This document shows positions 50,925 through 61,252 of a DNA stretch of 64,000 nucleotides, one piece after another. The stretch is from an uncultured cyanobacterium (GTDB taxonomy: Bacteria > Cyanobacteriota > Cyanobacteriia > Phormidesmidales > Phormidesmidaceae): assembly GCA_963793265.1 (NCBI GenBank), contig CAWBZI010000006.1, forward strand, positions 480,001 to 544,000. The letters run 5' to 3'. The translations under genes and the position numbers were made by a program. Position 1 is the stretch's first letter; each line of letters begins with the position of its first letter. The notes under the pieces were generated by a model, which ran no database searches, had not been told where the DNA came from, and saw only the letters and a program-made list of their open reading frames with translations.

Positions 50925-51323
50925 CTACTCCTGCCAATCCTCCAACTGCAAATTCGCAACGCGACTGAATTCCCTCGTATTGTTTGTCACTAAAACCGCA
51001 TCATGAACGAGAGCAATTGATGCAATCAAAAAATCGTTAGGGCCAATCACATTTCCCTGACGACTCAACTCGCTCCGAACCAAAGAATACTCCTCGGCGC
51101 AGTCATCATCAAAAGGCAAGCTTTTCAAAGGCTCTAGAAATTTCTTGTAAAGTAGTAAATTCTTTTCAACCCGCCGACTGTGCCGCGCTCCGTACAGCAG
51201 TTCCGCTCTTACGATGCTGCATATAGCAACCTCTTTAGCCGGTTGCTTTCTGAAACGTTTAGAAACATTTGCAGAGGTTCCATTAATAAGCTGGATGCAG
51301 ACATTTGAATCTAATAGAAACAT
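50925..51323 (-). CDS. vapC: VapC PIN-domain toxin
   Basis: LLDSNVCI, AELLYG, IGPNDFLIA, LVTNNTREF.RV..L..EDW. Confidence 0.92.
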   Translation of the reverse strand: MFLLDSNVCIQLINGTSANVSKRFRKQPAKEVAICSIVRAELLYGARHSRRVEKNLLLYKKFLEPLKSLPFDDDCAEEYSLVRSELSRQGNVIGPNDFLIASIALVHDAVLVTNNTREFSRVANLQLEDWQE

Positions 51324-51617
51324 CTACAGCACTATCTCTTTCAATGGATGTTCCCATTGGTCAGGGCGCTCTATAGGATCGTCCTTGCCGCTCCCTAGTA
51401 AATCGAAATAGCCCTCCGGCCAGCCGTTCTCTTTCTCTAGCTCCCTATCTGTCTTTTCTCTATCTAACTCGGCCTTATCCGCTCCTACCTTTTCTGTCTT
51501 TTTGTCTTGCAGAATCAGCCTAGCAACATACTTAGACACCGATAGATTCATCGCCTCCGCCTTTCGCTGCACCCAAGCAGCCGTCTCATCGGAAACATCA
51601 CACCGTAGCTGAGTCAT
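51324..51617 (-). CDS. VapB-like antitoxin (copy 1)
   Basis: RHH-like N-terminus, GWPEGYFD..G C-terminus; stop abuts the vapC start. Confidence 0.75.
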   Translation of the reverse strand: MTQLRCDVSDETAAWVQRKAEAMNLSVSKYVARLILQDKKTEKVGADKAELDREKTDRELEKENGWPEGYFDLLGSGKDDPIERPDQWEHPLKEIVL

Positions 51618-51840
51618 AAATGCCTCTCCCACTCACTCAAATTATCTACATTCTAGTACGCCTTATTACTTCTCAATCAACATCGCTCTAATCCTCATCC
51701 GTACATAAATAGAGAAATTTGTGCAATGACGCCTTGCACAATTAACTTTCTAGACCATGCTCTAACAAATACCCGCAGATACCTCATGCGAGTACGCTCC
51801 TTCAAGTCGCCAAGAAGAACCTGATAAGCCGCAGAAATCA

Positions 51841-53317
51841 TCACACCTCCTCTTCCCCATAGCCCAACACCTCCAAATTCCGCCGAATCACCGCATCCAG
51901 CCGTTCCCCCTCCCTCATCTGCCCATACAGCCTCTTCGTCAGCCCCTTCATCTTCACCTCAAACGGAATCCCATCATCCTCAATCGGCGCTGCCCCCACA
52001 TAGCGCCCTGGCGTCAGCACAAAATCATTCGCCGCAATCTCCGCCAGCGTCGCCGCCTTACAAAACCCCGGCTCATCAGCATACTCACCCCCCGTAGCCT
52101 CACCGCGCCAGGCATGATACGTCTCAGCAATCGTCTCAATATCCTTATCCGTCAGCGCCTTATGCGTACGATCCACCATGCTCCCCTCATTACGAGCATC
52201 GATAAACAAAGTCTCTCCTGAGCGATCGCGATATCCCCGCTCCCCATCAGCCCCCTTATCCTTCGTCAAAAACCACAGGCACACCGGAATCTGCGTCGTA
52301 TAAAAAAGCTGCCCCGGCAGCGCAATCATGCAGTCCACCAAATCATTCTCAATCAGCTTTTGCCGAATCGCCCCCTCCCCACTCGTATTCGTACTCATCG
52401 AGCCATTCGCCAGCACAAACCCCGCAACCCCGCGCGCCGAAAGCTTACTCACCATATGCAAAATCCAGGCATAGTTCGCATTCCCCGTCGGCGGCACCTC
52501 ATAGCCGCGCCACCTCGGGTCATCCGTCAGCTCATCAGTCGCCCGCCACTTCTTTTGGTTAAACGGCGGATTATCCATTACATAGTCTGCCTTCAAATCA
52601 GGATGCTGATCTTTAAAAAAGGTATCCGCCGCCACCTCTCCTAAGTTCGCCGAAATCCCACGCACCGCCAGATTCATCTTCCCCAGCTTAGCAGCAAGGG
52701 TCATACACCACCCCCTTAAAGGGCTCAATCATCTCAGCAATCAAATTCACCACACACTTCGGCGTATAAAACTTACCGCCACCCTTGCCTTCAGCCGCCG
52801 CAAACTTCCCCAAAAAATACTCATACACCCGGCCCACCACGTCCTCTTCCGGGTTCCCCACCGTATCAATCTTGTCAATCTCATCAATCAACGACGCCAG
52901 CTTTTTCGCATCTAGCCCTAGCCGTGAAAAATAATTATCCGGCAGCGCCCTGGTGAGCGTTTTGTTCTTCTTCTCAATCGTATGCAGCGCCGTGTCCACA
53001 ATCACCGCAATATTCTCTTGCTTCGCATTCTTTTGAATAAAGCGCCAGCGAGACTCTTCCGAGAGGTAAAACACATTGTCTTTGTTGTAAAAAGCAGGAA
53101 TCTCCACATACTTCTGTTGCCCCGCATCTATCAGCGCCTGCCGCTGCATCTCAAACTTATCGCTCACAAACTTCAAAAAGATCAGGCTCAGCACCACATG
53201 CTTATACTCCGAAGACTCCACCGTGCCCCGAAGCTGATTGGCCGTGTCCCACAAAGACTCCTCAAACCGTGACGCATCAACGTCCTGCTTTTGCGTCTTG
53301 CCCTTCTTTTTAGCCAT
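51841..53317 (-). pseudogene. hsdM: type I methyltransferase subunit with internal deletion and frameshift
   Basis: LWD.A..LRG, YEYFL..FA..EGK.GG.FYTP, then YDPCC joined out of frame to [20 protein letters not shown]. Confidence 0.88.
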
Positions 53318-53544
53318 GTTATGTCTTCAAAATCTGATTGCTGAGAGAAAAAGCCAAACACTATCATGCCGACTTATCACCGACCCATATTAGAGGTTCA
53401 AAGCCCTTTAAAGCGCCACAAGCGCCCAGCCACCCCACAAACTGATCCTGCGCTGCTAACGGGCGGTTAAGGCCATTCGCTATACTTTTAAGCTCATATT
53501 TAAAGGCTTTGTGCCTTAAAAAAACTTGTGTAAGAGGGTTGTAA

Positions 53545-54258
53545 ATGGCTAGAGCTTGGACAAAACGACTGCCAGCGGCACTGGCGCGGCTCGGCGAAGT
53601 GCGCCTGATTGTCAGCGCGATCGCCCTTCTCTCTTTCATCACACTATCCGTCCTCACCAAAGCCCAAATCGGCTTCGACTTTGAAACCGATCTGATCGTC
53701 TGGCTACAAACCAACATCACAGGCATCTGGGGCTGGCTGCTCTCACTGGTCTACTACTCGGGCGATACCGAGTCAGCAGGTGTAGTCACCGCAGCCGTGC
53801 TGATCTATCTACTGATCAAAAGGTGGTGGCAAGAAGGACTGTGGTTTGCAGTAGCAACCGCTGGGGCGCTGGTGCTCGTCGGTGAAGTCTTCAAGCCACT
53901 ATTCGACAAAGACCGTCCGCCTTTTGTAGACGATCCCTCCATTCACGGGGCCGCTTTTCCAAGTGGCCACGCTACAGGCAACACCATCCTTTATTTTTTT
54001 ATTGCCTATCTAGTCGCTAGCCGCTTTCCTCAGCTCAGCTACCGCCTTCATCTATTTTTCATCGGCTGGCTCATACTGATGGGCTTTGGCAGTATGCGCG
54101 TAGGGGCTCACTGGCTCACAGATATCTTAGGCGGCTACTGTCTGGGCTTTTTGTGGCTGATGGTGTGCCTCACGCTACTGAACGCCTCGGCGCATATTCC
54201 GGGCGTAAAGCGACTGCCGCATCGTAAGGCTGAGACGCGCCCGGCAGCAAAAATATGA
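53545..54258 (+). CDS. PAP2-family membrane phosphatase
   Basis: K..F.K.RP, FPSGHA, R.GAHWLTD..GG. Confidence 0.88.
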   Translation: MARAWTKRLPAALARLGEVRLIVSAIALLSFITLSVLTKAQIGFDFETDLIVWLQTNITGIWGWLLSLVYYSGDTESAGVVTAAVLIYLLIKRWWQEGLWFAVATAGALVLVGEVFKPLFDKDRPPFVDDPSIHGAAFPSGHATGNTILYFFIAYLVASRFPQLSYRLHLFFIGWLILMGFGSMRVGAHWLTDILGGYCLGFLWLMVCLTLLNASAHIPGVKRLPHRKAETRPAAKI

Positions 54259-54482
54259 GCAAACCAAGAAGATATTCTATAAAAGACCTACACTGAAACT
54301 TTTGCGATCCGCGTGTGTCGTGTGATACAAGTACTTGCAACTAAATACGGGCGCAAACACTATAGATTGCGCTTCTTCTTCATAACAGACTATGCCGGTA
54401 ATTTTTCCGGCTTATTCTCGCTGTTGCTGAAGATGTTTTGTATAGCGGCAAGTTTTACAGCGTTTTTTGGGATAGGTGGGCG

Positions 54483-57400
54483 ATGACGCGTAATCTTTAT
54501 GCGCTTTTGGTAGGTATTAACGAATACGACAGGCGATCGCCTATCTCGCCGCTCAAAGGGTGCGTCAACGATATCCGAGGAGCGCAGGCTTACTTAGAGA
54601 GCCGAGTAAACAAAGATCTCTGCGATCTGCATCTGCATATTCTCACTGATGAGCAGGCTACCCGACAGGGCGTTATCGATGGCTTTCGGCAGCATTTAGC
54701 ACAAGCAGGCCCCGAAGACGTGGTGCTGTTTTACTACGCTGGGCATGGCTCGCAGGCAAAAGTCCCTAAAGCGCTAAAAACCCATGCTACCGATCGCCTC
54801 ATGAGTACGCTTGTGTGCCACGACAGCCGGGTAAACGGCCACAACTGGGACATCGCTGATATAGAGCTAGCGCTTTTAATTGTCGAGGTCGATAGGCGCG
54901 GGGCGCATACAGCAGTCATTTTAGACTGCTGCTACACCGGCTCCGACTGGCCCAGTCAAGGTGTACCAGGTGTCGCTATTCGGCGGGCACCCTCTGATTT
55001 ACGAGACAGACCGCTAGAGAGCTTTATTGTCTCTCCAGCAGATGCCAAGCCAGAGGCTAAGAATATTGTGCTTTCTGCCTGCGCACCGATGGAAGCGGCA
55101 AAGGAGTATTACGGTGGTGGCAGACCGCAGGGCGTGTTTTCTCACTTTTTGCAAAAGTCGCTGGCAGCGGCTAATGGCGACTTGAGCTACCGGCAGCTGC
55201 ACCAGCGAACCAACGCGCTCATGCGAAGCAATGTGGTCGATCAGTCTCCGCAGCTAAACGCAGCCCAAGCATCCGATCTGACTCAGCCTTTTTTAGACGG
55301 TGCGATCGCGCCTGCTCCCGCCTACTTCACTGTCAGCCACCATCCCGAAGACGGCTGGATTATCAACGGCGGTGCGGTACACGGATTGCTTGCGCCAACG
55401 GGCGCTGAAACTACGCGGTTAGCGCTGTTTCCCTACTACAGCCCAACGGCGCAGATGGCCTTAATAGAAGAGGCGATCACGCAGACAGCCATCACGCAGG
55501 TGCACCCCCGCTACAGCAAAATTGACGGCAGCGATCTGATCGCAGCAAGCCCCACCGATCTTTTTAAAGCCGTTGTCATTGAGCAGCCTTTGCCGCTGGT
55601 ATCGGTTTATATCGGCGGCGAAATGTCGGGCGTTCGGGCACTGAAGCGAGCGATCGCAACTGCCCACAACCGTCAGCATTCGCTATACGTACAGGCCACC
55701 ACACACCCCAACGACGCCAGCCTCCGCGTATTGGCAGCTAACAACACCTACACCATCACCGATCCAACAGGGGCAAGATCTTTTGCCGAGGTTGTCTTGG
55801 GCTACGACGCGGCTACAGAAGTAGCTAGCAACCTAGAACACATAGCAAAATGGCAGGCAATCACTCAGTTTCCTAGCGCACTAACAACCCCTATTCAGGG
55901 CTCAGTCAATCTCAAAATCTACACAGGCAAAGAGCCCAAAAAAGAAAACGCGACCGAAATTACCAGCGCTCAGATTAGACTGACCTACCAAAATCGCAGC
56001 GGTCAAAACAGCAGCGCGACGGAAAATCAGATCCCGCCCCGATTCCGAATCAAGCTGCACAATCAGAGCAATCAGCCCCTTTACTGCGCCCTGTTTTATC
56101 TCACAGAGCGGTTTAAAGCCGCCGCGATTAAGCCCGATAGCGTCAGTAGCGTCGTGCGGCTGCTGCCGGATCAAGAAATCTGGTTTGCAGGCGGTTCTCC
56201 GCTCAATGGCAGAGTGCCTGATAGCGTTTGGCAAAAGGGCATCACCGAATGCCAGGACATGCTGAAGCTGGTGGCCTGCGTACGTGAGTTTGACCCGACG
56301 CTGATGAACTTAGGCGAGCTAGGGCGCATAGGGCGAAGTGAGGATGGGGAGCGATCGCGTCCGCCCACACCAGGCGGCAGTCTCAACCGGCTCATGCAGC
56401 GCACAACGCATAGAGAGGTCACCTTCTTCGGTTCGCCGCCAAATTACGACGACTGGGTGACTAGCCAGGTAGCCTTTACCTTTGTACGGCCTCAGCTATG
56501 GGTGCCGCTCAATAGTGACGAGGCGATCGCTATCAGCGCATCAGACGATACCAGCGCAACGGTCAAAATGCATCCCCACTCGCAGCTATCTGCCCGCATT
56601 CGGCTTACCAGCATTCCTCAAGCGACTCAGGCCATAGAGCATCCTTTGCCCGCACTGCTACAGGCTGAAACCATACCCTTTGAACTGACCCAAAGCCACA
56701 TAACCGCTGCGGGCTTGAGCGTACTAGAGCTGACCGATCTGGCTGGTTCTATCTCGTCAGAAACGCCGCTGCAGTTAGAAACAGATATGCCTTTGGACGA
56801 GGGCGAGTACGTTGTGCCAGTTGCTTACAATGGCGAGGCTTACGTGTCACTAGGCTACGGTAAAACGCTGCACGGTAGAACGCAGGTGGTGGTTGAGCGC
56901 TTGGTGAAAGCTGAAAATGTGCGATCGCAAAATTCTGTCTATGTCTTTTTGCAAAAGATCAGCGCTCAAAGGCTGAAACGGGTCATTGAGCAGAAGGTGG
57001 GGTTTGCAGAGGAGCGATCGCTATTCGCGACGCTGATCAACTCTATTAATCGATCGACGACAAGCCCCTCAAGCGCAGCTTCAAACAGGGCTCCAGAGCT
57101 GCCCCCAAACGTGACTCCAATTGCTCCAACGATAGCTGCTAAACCCGTTCCAAACGTTGAACCAAAAGCATCTTTGAAGGTGGGTTCGACAGCACCCTCG
57201 AAGGTAGCAGAAACGATCGCCGCCACCCGCCAGCCCAATAAACCAGCCTACACAGCCAAACCAATTCCGCCTGCAAGAGCTGGTACGATCGGGGCTACAA
57301 CGGTCACTGCACCTACCCCAAAACGTCCCCAAAGACATCCAATCTCACAAACAGTCCCTCTGTCGTCACTCCCATCCCCAACCCAAAGCATGTCTTCTAC

Positions 57401-57860
57401 AGACCCTTCTCAAGACCCTTCTCAGCCGCCCTCAAACGAACAGCCGCTTAATCAGCCAGTCAACCAGCCGCTCAACCAGCCGCTCAACCAGCAATCTAGA
57501 CCGCCGTCTCAGCAACCGATTAATCAACCCACGCGTCAGCCGCCCGTCCATCCCCCAGTGCCACCAGCCGCACAGCGACCAGAAGAAACGCCAGAACCAA
57601 CTGAAGTGTACGCACCTCAATATGAGCCGTCTCCTGAATCTCGTAGCTCACCGCTGATGTGGATTTGGGTCGTGTCTACGGCTGTAATTGCTGCAATTGT
57701 CGCGATCGCCTGGCTGCAATACCTCAGTGGCTCCGACTCACCCGATTTAGAAACGCCCGAAGCCAGCCCGACCGTCGAACCGGCCCTACCGGCTGTACCC
57801 GACTCGCCACCTGTAGCACCCGAAAACGCACCTGCCTCTGATGAGTCCGAAGCTAACTGA
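54483..57860 (+). CDS. caspase-family (peptidase C14, orthocaspase-like) multidomain protein with C-terminal TM helix
   Basis: YALLVGINEY, LKGCVND, YYAGHG, ILDCCY; Pro/Gln-rich linker; LMWIWVVSTAVIAAIVAIAWL. Confidence 0.85.
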   Translation: MTRNLYALLVGINEYDRRSPISPLKGCVNDIRGAQAYLESRVNKDLCDLHLHILTDEQATRQGVIDGFRQHLAQAGPEDVVLFYYAGHGSQAKVPKALKTHATDRLMSTLVCHDSRVNGHNWDIADIELALLIVEVDRRGAHTAVILDCCYTGSDWPSQGVPGVAIRRAPSDLRDRPLESFIVSPADAKPEAKNIVLSACAPMEAAKEYYGGGRPQGVFSHFLQKSLAAANGDLSYRQLHQRTNALMRSNVVDQSPQLNAAQASDLTQPFLDGAIAPAPAYFTVSHHPEDGWIINGGAVHGLLAPTGAETTRLALFPYYSPTAQMALIEEAITQTAITQVHPRYSKIDGSDLIAASPTDLFKAVVIEQPLPLVSVYIGGEMSGVRALKRAIATAHNRQHSLYVQATTHPNDASLRVLAANNTYTITDPTGARSFAEVVLGYDAATEVASNLEHIAKWQAITQFPSALTTPIQGSVNLKIYTGKEPKKENATEITSAQIRLTYQNRSGQNSSATENQIPPRFRIKLHNQSNQPLYCALFYLTERFKAAAIKPDSVSSVVRLLPDQEIWFAGGSPLNGRVPDSVWQKGITECQDMLKLVACVREFDPTLMNLGELGRIGRSEDGERSRPPTPGGSLNRLMQRTTHREVTFFGSPPNYDDWVTSQVAFTFVRPQLWVPLNSDEAIAISASDDTSATVKMHPHSQLSARIRLTSIPQATQAIEHPLPALLQAETIPFELTQSHITAAGLSVLELTDLAGSISSETPLQLETDMPLDEGEYVVPVAYNGEAYVSLGYGKTLHGRTQVVVERLVKAENVRSQNSVYVFLQKISAQRLKRVIEQKVGFAEERSLFATLINSINRSTTSPSSAASNRAPELPPNVTPIAPTIAAKPVPNVEPKASLKVGSTAPSKVAETIAATRQPNKPAYTAKPIPPARAGTIGATTVTAPTPKRPQRHPISQTVPLSSLPSPTQSMSSTDPSQDPSQPPSNEQPLNQPVNQPLNQPLNQQSRPPSQQPINQPTRQPPVHPPVPPAAQRPEETPEPTEVYAPQYEPSPESRSSPLMWIWVVSTAVIAAIVAIAWLQYLSGSDSPDLETPEASPTVEPALPAVPDSPPVAPENAPASDESEAN

Positions 57861-57891
57861 AGCCAGTTAGTCTAAGGCTGTGCAAACTCAA

Positions 57892-58635
57892 TTAGTCTGC
57901 ATTAGTGCTGCTGTCAGCAGGTTCAACGTTTGCCTCAACCTCTTTGGCTTTAGCTTTCTCTGCCTTCTCTTGCTCGCGCTTAGCCTGCTTCTTCTTCTCC
58001 GCATCAATCATGTCTTTCATGACCACCTGCGCCTGCGCCATCTTCTCCAAGTTGCCGCGATAAATCTCAATATCCTTCTTCACCAGCTCATCATTCAGAC
58101 CCAGTGTCTCAGCGATCTCGCCCAGCAGCGCCTCTCGCTTTTCCTTGTCTGTAAGCACCTCGGCATCAATCGCCTCAATCACGTTATACAAACCCGTCAC
58201 AAACAACCGGCTGTACTTAAACTTAGGATTGGTAATCACCTTATGGAGGTTGCCCTTAAGCGCATCGCCGCCGCTGGTTTTGGCCTCTTCTAGCATCGTC
58301 TTAAAGGCGTCTACAGAAGGCACGCTCTTAGCTGCCTCTAGCACCTCAATCGCATCGCGACGATACTGCGCCGGGTCGCCTTCTACCGCCTTAATAATGG
58401 CCTCATAGATTGGCTCTCGATCGGCTTCAGGCTCGTAGCCCGCCATAAACCGGTCGAATACGCTAACGACGCCGAGGGCATAAATGGAATCGTAAGAAAA
58501 GTCTACGTTTACGAGGAGCAAATGCATTTCGACCATTAGCTCTTCAACCACACGGCGATAAATCGCGCTGATGGGGCGAGTGTGCGTGCCGTAGAAAGCT
58601 CGCTTTGTATCTGATACCGTGCGGACGTTGTTCAC
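57892..58635 (-). CDS. psb29: photosystem II biogenesis protein Psb29 (THF1)
   Basis: RTVSDTKRAFY, IYRRVVEELMVEMHLL, KYSRLF. Confidence 0.93.
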   Translation of the reverse strand: MNNVRTVSDTKRAFYGTHTRPISAIYRRVVEELMVEMHLLLVNVDFSYDSIYALGVVSVFDRFMAGYEPEADREPIYEAIIKAVEGDPAQYRRDAIEVLEAAKSVPSVDAFKTMLEEAKTSGGDALKGNLHKVITNPKFKYSRLFVTGLYNVIEAIDAEVLTDKEKREALLGEIAETLGLNDELVKKDIEIYRGNLEKMAQAQVVMKDMIDAEKKKQAKREQEKAEKAKAKEVEANVEPADSSTNAD

Positions 58636-58797
58636 AAGTAAACGCTCTTTAGTTGAATACTATTTGTAAACATATTGTTACGCTTCTTATGTCCCTTTGC
58701 CAAGCAGTTTGTTTCAAAAATGCAGTGTATATTACAGCCCATAAAGCGATTTGATGGGCCTTTATACTTAATCTATTCAGTATCTGACACACCGTAT

Positions 58798-59430
58798 ATG
58801 GTCGCTTCTCCCCTGAACACGCTGGTAGATTATTTAACGGGCGAATTTGAAAACAAAGCTCAAGCTGCCGAATCGACTGCCTGGTTCGTTCACTTAAGGC
58901 TGTGGCAGCGGCTCGTCCCGGCGCTTTCTACTGAAAATCTATACACCTTATTTTTAGAGCAGGCCAGCGTCGTAGGCAACAAGCCGCCCTACCGGCAGCG
59001 CATTTTGCAGCTTCGAGCAGAAGGCGCTGAGCTAAGAGGAGAATACTTTGCCCTTGCAGATCCGACTGAGTTCTTAGGCGCAGGGACAAATCCTGAACGG
59101 CTGGTCAAAATGTCTGAGGCTGATTTGATGAGCTTGCCGGGCAGTGAAGCACATATTCAGTATCGAGCAGTAGAGGGCGGCTATCAGTTTAAGTCGGCGC
59201 TACCTGATGGCAAGCTGTGCTCGTTTGAATATGGCGGGCAGCGGCGATATGTGTACCTGGGGTTTGACGTAAAACCGCGTTTCGGTAGTAGTTCAGGCAG
59301 TGATTCGGCTGGCGATTCGACTGGTGATATAGAACTACTGACCTACGACAAAGGAATAGACCCCGACACAGGTCGAGGTCTATGGGGTGCTCTGATGGGG
59401 CCGTTTCGCATGATCAAGTCAGCCAGTTAG
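58798..59430 (+). CDS. CpcT/CpeT-family lyase paralog
   Basis: GEFEN..QA....WFVHLRLW, PYRQR, YDKGID..TG...WGA..GPF. Confidence 0.8.
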   Translation: MVASPLNTLVDYLTGEFENKAQAAESTAWFVHLRLWQRLVPALSTENLYTLFLEQASVVGNKPPYRQRILQLRAEGAELRGEYFALADPTEFLGAGTNPERLVKMSEADLMSLPGSEAHIQYRAVEGGYQFKSALPDGKLCSFEYGGQRRYVYLGFDVKPRFGSSSGSDSAGDSTGDIELLTYDKGIDPDTGRGLWGALMGPFRMIKSAS

Positions 59431-59459
59431 TCGGCCATTTAAACAAACTTTAAACAAAG

Positions 59460-59840
59460 TTAGGCGACAGCCGCGTTGTAAGGACATGCTAACGCCTCTT
59501 CTTCAGTTTCATAAATCTCGAATACTGAGTCCATCATGGTGACCTCAAAAACGAGTTTGGCTTCGGGGTGCACGTTGCAAATGCGAAAGCTGCCTTCGGT
59601 TTTGTCAGCATCGCGCATTCCAGCGACTAAAGACGTAAGGCCCGAGCTGTCGATGAAGTTGACTTCACTAAGGTTGACTAGAATGTGGGGCGTTTCTGTC
59701 GAAATGGTTTCTTGTAGCTTGAGCCGAAACTGCCAGGCCGTTGTAATATCTAGCCGCCCGGTGGGGGCCAAAATCACAACCTGATTACCGTCTGGGGTGG
59801 TGAAATCTCGCTGCTCCATACCGCTGCTGTCACTCTTCAT
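59460..59840 (-). CDS. STAS-domain anti-sigma factor antagonist
   Basis: GRLD, V.FIDSSGL..LV. Confidence 0.88.
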   Translation of the reverse strand: MKSDSSGMEQRDFTTPDGNQVVILAPTGRLDITTAWQFRLKLQETISTETPHILVNLSEVNFIDSSGLTSLVAGMRDADKTEGSFRICNVHPEAKLVFEVTMMDSVFEIYETEEEALACPYNAAVA

Positions 59841-59972
59841 ATAGATCTTCAAAGACGCTTGTAGCGCCTTTCTTGACCTTTAGAGTGCCCACAGCTAATT
59901 ACCGGCTTACCTCCGTAAACAAACGGAATTGATGGGATTTTAAGCCCTGTCACCCGCCCGTCAAACTACCCG

Positions 59973-61040
59973 CTAGGCCGTCATATTTGCCCAGTCTTGA
60001 GGCTGAAGGAATACGTCGTAAAGCTTGGCTTCAGGCGTGCCTGGCTCGGGATGGTAGTTATATTCCCAGCGCACCATCGGCGGCAAAGACATCAAGATAG
60101 ATTCGGTGCGACCGTTAGTTTGCAGGCCAAATAGGGTGCCTCTATCGAACACCAGATTAAATTCTACATAGCGGCCCCGGCGATAGAGCTGAAAGTCGCG
60201 TTCCTTCTCGGTGTATTCGTTGCCAGCATTCCTGTCTACAATCGGAACGTAGGCGGGTAAAAAGGCGTCGCCACAGTCCACAGCAAAGCTAAAGATATCC
60301 TCCCAACTGCGTTTTGGGGCCTTGCCTGCCTGCTTGCTGTAGAGCGCGGCTGGGCCGTCTTGGTTGTGACCGCGATAGAGTTCGCCGCGCTGGCCATTTT
60401 GGTAGTCAAAAAAGATGCCGCCGACGCCTCTAGGTTCGGCGCGGTGCTTGAGAAAAAAGTACTCGTCGCACCAGCGTTTGAAGTTGGGGTAGTAATCAGG
60501 GTTGTGCTTGTCGCAGGCGTCTTTTAGGGTTTTGTGAAAGTGAATGACATCGGCTTCGGTAGTGTAGTAGGGGGTGAGATCGATGCCGCCGCCAAACCAC
60601 CAAACCGGGCCTGCTTCAAAATAGCGGTAGTTGAGGTGGACGGTGGGGATGTAAGGATTGCGTGGGTGCAGCACCATGGAGGTGCCGGTGGCGTAAAACT
60701 GGTGGCCTTCTGCCTCGGGGCGCTTGCTGAGAATAGAAGGCGGAAGCTTATCGCCCCACACTTCCGAAAAGCCGACGCCGCCCTGCTCAAAGATGTCGCC
60801 TTCTTTCATTACTCTAGAGCGACCGCCGCCGCCTTCGGGCCTTTGCCAGGCGTCTTCTTGAAATTTGCCAGTGCCGTCAACGGCTTCTAGCTTTTTACAG
60901 ATGCGATCTTGGAGTCCTTTAAAGGCGTTGCTGACGCGTTCTCGCGAGCCTTCAGGTGGTAGCGTCAGGTTCGGAGCTTCTACAGCAGCGGACTCTGGGT
61001 TTTCCTTGGGGCGAACAGCCTTAGCCGGGGAGATCGTCAT
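59973..61040 (-). CDS. hemF: oxygen-dependent coproporphyrinogen III oxidase
   Basis: [41 protein letters not shown]. Confidence 0.96.
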   Translation of the reverse strand: MTISPAKAVRPKENPESAAVEAPNLTLPPEGSRERVSNAFKGLQDRICKKLEAVDGTGKFQEDAWQRPEGGGGRSRVMKEGDIFEQGGVGFSEVWGDKLPPSILSKRPEAEGHQFYATGTSMVLHPRNPYIPTVHLNYRYFEAGPVWWFGGGIDLTPYYTTEADVIHFHKTLKDACDKHNPDYYPNFKRWCDEYFFLKHRAEPRGVGGIFFDYQNGQRGELYRGHNQDGPAALYSKQAGKAPKRSWEDIFSFAVDCGDAFLPAYVPIVDRNAGNEYTEKERDFQLYRRGRYVEFNLVFDRGTLFGLQTNGRTESILMSLPPMVRWEYNYHPEPGTPEAKLYDVFLQPQDWANMTA

Positions 61041-61252
61041 AGTGTCAATAACTGTCTTTTATTTTAGTCAAACACGATTTAAGAATTTATTGCATTTTTG
61101 AAACAGAGCGTGACAATTTTTGACAGTTTCCGGGTAGCCGAACGAGTGGTTAAACACGCCTTATGAACGGGTTATTGGTAGACGCGATCGCTTAAACTAA
61201 ATAAAGCCTTTTAAGTACATTCGCTGAGCAATCAAGCGATGGAGTAGACGCG

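Noticed and set aside
51841..52728. programmed frameshift joining the two hsdM ORFs
   Set aside because: A conserved catalytic segment is physically missing at the junction, so recoding could not restore it
57880..58293. 137-aa plus-strand ORF, representative of many antisense ORFs in the track (e.g. 2009-2503, 33738-34202, 43051-43575, those over hsdR)
   Set aside because: Shadow frames of well-supported genes on the opposite strand
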